Below are positions 57,210 to 60,909 of a stretch of DNA of 60,909 nucleotides, one piece after another. Both the position numbers and the translations under genes were made by a program. Source of the DNA: an uncultured Gammaproteobacteria bacterium. GTDB taxonomy: Bacteria; Patescibacteriota; Patescibacteriia; UBA9934; GWF2-40-263. Within the stretch, counting starts at the first letter, position 1. Each line of letters begins with the position of its first letter. Where the stretch lies: assembly GCA_964538435.1 (NCBI GenBank), contig CAZIDX010000008.1:1-60909 (forward strand), written 5' to 3'. Under the pieces are notes generated by a model. The model did not search any database. It saw only the letters and a program-made list of their open reading frames with translations, and had not been told where the DNA came from.

Positions 57210-57647
57210 ATGCGAGCAGTCATCCAACGCGTCAAAGAATCCTCTGTCACCGTTGATGGGGAAGTGGTCGGAAAAATCGATCAGGGCCTTCTGGTTCTTC
57301 TTGCCATCCACAAAGACGATAACGAGGCCATGATTGAAAAAATGGCGCACAAAATTTCGCACCTACGAATTTTTGTTGACGATCAAGATAAGATGAGTCG
57401 CTCAGTCCAGAACGTGGCCGGCAGCGTGCTTGTGATCTCCCAGTTCACACTCTATGGCGACGTTCGCAAGGGAAACCGCCCAGGATTCACAGATTCAGCT
57501 CACCCTGACAAAGCAAAGCCTTACTACGAAAAAGTCGTGGACAAGATCCGTGCTCAAGGCCTGAAAGTAGAAACAGGAACATTCGCTGCTATGATGGATG
57601 TGTCACTTACAAACGATGGGCCAGTAACAATAATCGTTGATCTATAA
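57210..57647 (+). CDS. dtd: D-aminoacyl-tRNA deacylase
   Basis: ATG at 57210 (MRAVIQRV). SQFTLYGD and NDGPVT motifs. 145 aa. Confidence 0.9.
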   Translation: MRAVIQRVKESSVTVDGEVVGKIDQGLLVLLAIHKDDNEAMIEKMAHKISHLRIFVDDQDKMSRSVQNVAGSVLVISQFTLYGDVRKGNRPGFTDSAHPDKAKPYYEKVVDKIRAQGLKVETGTFAAMMDVSLTNDGPVTIIVDL

Positions 57648-57657
57648 AAGGGTGTTT

Positions 57658-57679
57658 CTTTTTCGTAGGTACGAAAAAG
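57658..57679. promoter_or_regulatory. 22-nt palindrome ctttttcgtaGGtacgaaaaag containing TTCGTAGGTACGAA
   Basis: Perfect 10-nt arms. It is the fifth copy of the TTCGTA-SS-TACGAA motif and lies between the convergent dtd and 57729 genes. Confidence 0.55.
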
Positions 57680-57728
57680 ATTCCCAAATTTGAAAACCCG
57701 TCCTTCCTGCGTGGGGGGCGGGTTTCGT

Positions 57729-58253
57729 TTACGCATCATCGAGCGAGTTGTGCGTAGTGGGTTGCTCTGCAAATTCGATTTCCTCTCCGGTCGTGAGGTC
57801 AACGAACACGAGAACGCCACCGCGCTTTGGCTTCAGTGCGATCCAGTTGTCACCAATGCGTAGCATCTGTGCTGTGCGCTTGAAGTGCACCTCGAGCGTT
57901 GCATTGATCTGTCCGTGACTGACTCTTGTCGACCCAACGAGCAGGTCCCACCCTCGAATCATAGCGAGGCGAGGCGGATTGCCCTTCACAGCACCGCACT
58001 TGGGGCAGAACGGTAGCGTGGCTCCATCCCTCTCGTGATACGAGTTCCTGCACGGCTCGTGGATATGAATCCTCATGTCCGTCATCGTCAGTGCAGCCAG
58101 CCTCAGATGGACCGTGCCACGGAATCCATCACTGCCATAGCTGGTCTTGCCAGTCTTCCCCATGGTGATAGCACCATCAGCGTTTCGAACAATGGTCCAG
58201 GTCGGCGCCATCGAGTATCCCTTCTCGTCCTTGACGGGCTCTTCAAGCGACAT
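57729..58253 (-). CDS. Hypothetical protein with a zinc-ribbon-like CxxxxH...CPKC motif (GC-rich islet gene); start uncertain
   Basis: 174-aa ORF. ATG 58253 lies inside the -10 (TAATGT) of a TTGACA-17 promoter (58250-58278), so the internal ATG at 58211 (MAPTWTIV) is an alternative start. Confidence 0.45.
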   Translation of the reverse strand: MSLEEPVKDEKGYSMAPTWTIVRNADGAITMGKTGKTSYGSDGFRGTVHLRLAALTMTDMRIHIHEPCRNSYHERDGATLPFCPKCGAVKGNPPRLAMIRGWDLLVGSTRVSHGQINATLEVHFKRTAQMLRIGDNWIALKPKRGGVLVFVDLTTGEEIEFAEQPTTHNSLDDA

Positions 58254-58328
58254 TACGCAAGTAAGTCCTCTATGTCAACCAATAAGAAAACCCGCACCTC
58301 CGTAGAGGGCGGGTGTTTTCGTTTCGGC

Positions 58329-59177
58329 CTAGTCGCCGAAGTGGTTGAACCCTTCGCGCTCGAACCGAGGCATGGGCGCACGCTTGTGACGCGTCGAGCG
58401 CATCAGCTGCAAGAACCGATCGCGCTTGCCATGCGGGTCGTCCATGGCCATGACTGCCTTCTCACCGCCAGCAGCGAACGCGCGCGCGAACGCATCCAGG
58501 GTCGAGTAGGACATCTCCAGGTCGGCCTCGTCACTCTGCCGGTTGCCGTCCGCGTCCTCGCCTTCGAGGTCCGCGCTCGGCACCTTGTCGATGATCCACT
58601 GCGGAGCGTTGAGCATGCGCAAGATGGACCAGACGTCCTCCTTGACGAACTGCACCAGCGGACCGAAGTCGCCATCCGCATCGCCGCCACCCTTGGTGTC
58701 GTAGCCCACGATGGTCTCGGACCAGTTGCAGGTGTTGATGAACAGGTAGCCGTTCACCTCGGCCCAGAGACGTCCCAGAGTCGTGCGCAGACGCGCCTTG
58801 ACATTGCCTTCGGCGATCTTCTTCCTCTTGTCCGAGAGCGCTTCCCAGCCATTGGTGCCCTCGATGTCGGCTTCGAGCATGAAGGTCGCGAACGTACGAT
58901 CGAGCTCGCGATCGGCGCATCGCACGCCAGCCCACTCGCAGAGTCGGTGAGCATCGGTCTTGGCGTAGTCAGCCGATCCGATCGGGATCGTGAGTGCCAG
59001 AACGCGCTCCGGGCCCAGAGCCTTGACCAGAAGACCCAGAGCAGCGGCGCTGTCAGCACCTCCACTCTTGTTGAGCAAGACACCCTTGGCGCCGGTGCTG
59101 TCCACAAACTCGCGGATCCACTCGATCTGCGCGAGCATCTCGTCGTAGGTGACGGGTTTGAGCATAGGGACGGTCAT
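58329..59177 (-). CDS. nadE: NH3-dependent NAD+ synthetase-like PP-loop ATPase
   Basis: ATG at 59177 is preceded by AAGGAG. PP-loop LNKSGGADSAAA and the NadE-like C-terminal ...STRHKRAPMP. Confidence 0.7.
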   Translation of the reverse strand: MTVPMLKPVTYDEMLAQIEWIREFVDSTGAKGVLLNKSGGADSAAALGLLVKALGPERVLALTIPIGSADYAKTDAHRLCEWAGVRCADRELDRTFATFMLEADIEGTNGWEALSDKRKKIAEGNVKARLRTTLGRLWAEVNGYLFINTCNWSETIVGYDTKGGGDADGDFGPLVQFVKEDVWSILRMLNAPQWIIDKVPSADLEGEDADGNRQSDEADLEMSYSTLDAFARAFAAGGEKAVMAMDDPHGKRDRFLQLMRSTRHKRAPMPRFEREGFNHFGD

Positions 59178-59297
59178 GATGACTCTCCTTACAGTCGATT
59201 GAGAGGGTTGGGTTTCCCACGAGCTCCGCATCAAAACGATGGGGCTCTCATGGAAACCCCCGACTCTAGCGCGCGTGGCTAGGGTCGGGGAAGGGGG

Positions 59298-60401
59298 TTA
59301 CTCGAGTCCTGCGAGCATGGTATCCAGCAGGAACTCCACCGTGGCCTCAGGGTGCATGACCTGGTGGCTCTCCTTGGTCTGGCCGATGACCAGGACGCGG
59401 TAGCCGTCGTCCTTACCGACCTTGACCCGCACCGGAGCGAAGTGCTCCTCACGGACGGCCTTGATGGCGGTCTGGTCGTACAGGTTGAAGACCAGGATGT
59501 GATCCCAGATCCGGTCGTCGCCGTTCAGGTGCGCGATGTTGTCGTGACCACCGCAGAACACGTTGCCGAACCAGGTGGAATCTCCCACCTTGCCCGGGAA
59601 GCAGGGGAGGCCTTCTCGACCTTCCTTGTCGTCAGCCGGCAGGTTGCACCGGTACCAGAGGTGCTGGATCAGGGCTTCCTGCATGGCCTGCAGACGGATA
59701 CCCACCGGGTGACCCGTGTCAGCGAACTCGTCGTAGCAGTCGCGCGGGCTGGCCGCGGCATACGCCGCCCACTTGCTGGTGATGGCCAGCGGGATGCCCA
59801 GGGTCTGCAGGACGTGGAACGCGTAGATGGACGCACCTTCATCGTGCTTGTTGTTCACAGCAGCGAACCAGGGCTTGAGCAGGCCGTTCTCGTCGAAGAC
59901 GAAGTTGCCGTGCTCGTCCACCTCAGCGCCACCCATCATGGACACGCCACGCAGCTTGCGCTGGAGCAGGTTCAGGTAGTAGGGCTTGCCCTCGGCCTCG
60001 CGCAGGTACTGAGCGATGTCGCTCATGCCACCAGCCGCCACGAACACCACGCTGTGGTTCGGGGACTCCTCGAGGATCTGCCAGAACAGGTCGCTGCCCT
60101 TGGGGAAGTCCATTTCCGCGCTGATGTACGGGACATCGAACTGGATGTGCTCGTTGGTCTGCCGACCACCGAAGTTCTTGCCAATGGCCACCGGGACATG
60201 GCTCAAACCGAGCTCATCCAGAGTGCCACGAGCCACACGTGCGCGCATCTCCACCGGGTTGCGGTGAACGATCACGCCACCGATCTTGATCTGACCGTGA
60301 CTCCTCATCCCAGCGAGCATGACCAGGCTGCCTTCTTCGTCCGGATCGTTGCCGGTCTCGCCGTTGAAGATGATGATCGGGGCATTGGGATCTCGAATCA
60401 T
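59298..60401 (-). CDS. Nucleoside hydrolase-like (IUNH-fold) protein, divergent
   Basis: AAGGAG SD. The N-terminal acidic cluster NGETGNDPDEEGSLVMLA resembles DxDxxxDD. AAVNNKHDEGASIYAFHVLQTLGIP resembles the (E)FNi..DPeAA..V motif. Confidence 0.5.
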   Translation of the reverse strand: MIRDPNAPIIIFNGETGNDPDEEGSLVMLAGMRSHGQIKIGGVIVHRNPVEMRARVARGTLDELGLSHVPVAIGKNFGGRQTNEHIQFDVPYISAEMDFPKGSDLFWQILEESPNHSVVFVAAGGMSDIAQYLREAEGKPYYLNLLQRKLRGVSMMGGAEVDEHGNFVFDENGLLKPWFAAVNNKHDEGASIYAFHVLQTLGIPLAITSKWAAYAAASPRDCYDEFADTGHPVGIRLQAMQEALIQHLWYRCNLPADDKEGREGLPCFPGKVGDSTWFGNVFCGGHDNIAHLNGDDRIWDHILVFNLYDQTAIKAVREEHFAPVRVKVGKDDGYRVLVIGQTKESHQVMHPEATVEFLLDTMLAGLE

Positions 60402-60496
60402 GTTTGTTCTCCTTCAGCAACAGAGGTTGACAGAATGTCCAACTCTGTTGGAAAGGGGCAAGCCGCGCAGAGCGAGACTTGCCTCGTTGGTTGGGC

Positions 60497-60909
60497 CTAG
60501 CAGCCCTTGTTGCGCTTGCGGAGCAGGCGCCTCAGCGCGCCGCCCAGCAGGTTCTCGTCGACCTGGCGGGCGATCCAGCGAAGGTCGTCGCGGTCGTTGA
60601 TGGCCTTGAGGATCTTGTCCATCTTCTCGCGAAGATCCTCGAGCATCTCACGGATCTTCTCCAGGCTCTCGCCCTGGTACAGGGCCAGCGCGATCTGGAG
60701 CTTGGCGTCCGGGATGCTGTAGAGCTCCTTCCAGGGCACCACCACGATCTTGATGTTCTCGTGGTCGCCCTCACCACCCTCGCTGCCCTGGATCTGCTCG
60801 ATGACCGAGTCGTCGACCAGGAGCTTGAGGTGGTAGAAGCCCATGCGCTCGTTGCAGCCGCCCGGCGAGATCCAGACCGGATCCTCGCACAGCGGCTTGA
60901 TGCGATCGG
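60497..60909 (-). CDS. Partial CDS (N-terminus beyond window edge), hypothetical protein
   Basis: The frame stays open upstream of the track's ATG (60844) to the window end (…DRIKPLCEDPVWISPGGCNERMGFYHL…). The stop is TAG at 60497-99. Confidence 0.45.
   Translation of the reverse strand, partial: DRIKPLCEDPVWISPGGCNERMGFYHLKLLVDDSVIEQIQGSEGGEGDHENIKIVVVPWKELYSIPDAKLQIALALYQGESLEKIREMLEDLREKMDKILKAINDRDDLRWIARQVDENLLGGALRRLLRKRNKGC

Noticed and set aside
58035-60500. 415-aa and 382-aa plus-strand ORFs (58035..59282 and 59352..60500).
   Set aside because: They are antisense to the NadE-like (SGGADS) and nucleoside-hydrolase-like genes. They are shadow ORFs of GC-rich coding sequence.

Overview
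The window looks like a bacterial chromosome segment with a streamlined backbone at about 47% GC. The backbone carries housekeeping genes: pilB, ftsH, rpsA, gyrA, rpmF, nusB, rnc, proS, hup, rny, truB, infB, trxA, trxB, gdhA, leuS, a Nudix hydrolase, ugd, comEC, ndk and dtd, plus tRNA-Lys(CTT) and tRNA-Arg(TCG). The gene content (pilB, split ComEC, salvage enzymes, short ProRS) fits a small-genome, possibly epibiotic (CPR/Patescibacteria-like) bacterium, but that is inference only. At least 12 short GC-rich islets (about 60-65% GC by hand count of sample lines) interrupt the backbone. Each carries one to four ORFs. Nearly every islet ORF has its own TTGACA-N17-TAnnnT promoter, a GGAGG-type SD and a hairpin terminator. 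I see no integrase, transposase or phage gene. Recognisable islet genes are NlpC/P60, a LysM-vWA protein, several GNATs, an MFS transporter, NadE and a nucleoside-hydrolase-like protein. The rest are orphans to my eye. The main second-look items are listed here. (1) An alpha/beta-hydrolase domain of about 200 aa is inserted in a zinc knuckle of LeuRS. (2) A tandem paralogous module at 52304-55322 occurs once as two ORFs separated only by an in-frame TGA and once as a single fused ORF. It is preceded by a promoter-to-terminator unit encoding a GC-rich, apparently structured RNA of about 280 nt. (3) Two paralogous wHTH plus Cas2-like-fold proteins sit behind similar leaders, and a 14-bp palindrome TTCGTA-SS-TACGAA recurs at five sites. 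(4) A family of 14-nt periodic arrays and hairpins has an invariant TCCAA loop and compensatory stems. (5) There is a MITE- or inverton-like element with perfect 25-bp inverted repeats. (6) Recurrent flank words and direct repeats bracket islet genes. All calls come from reading the sequence and ORF track, and no database search was possible.
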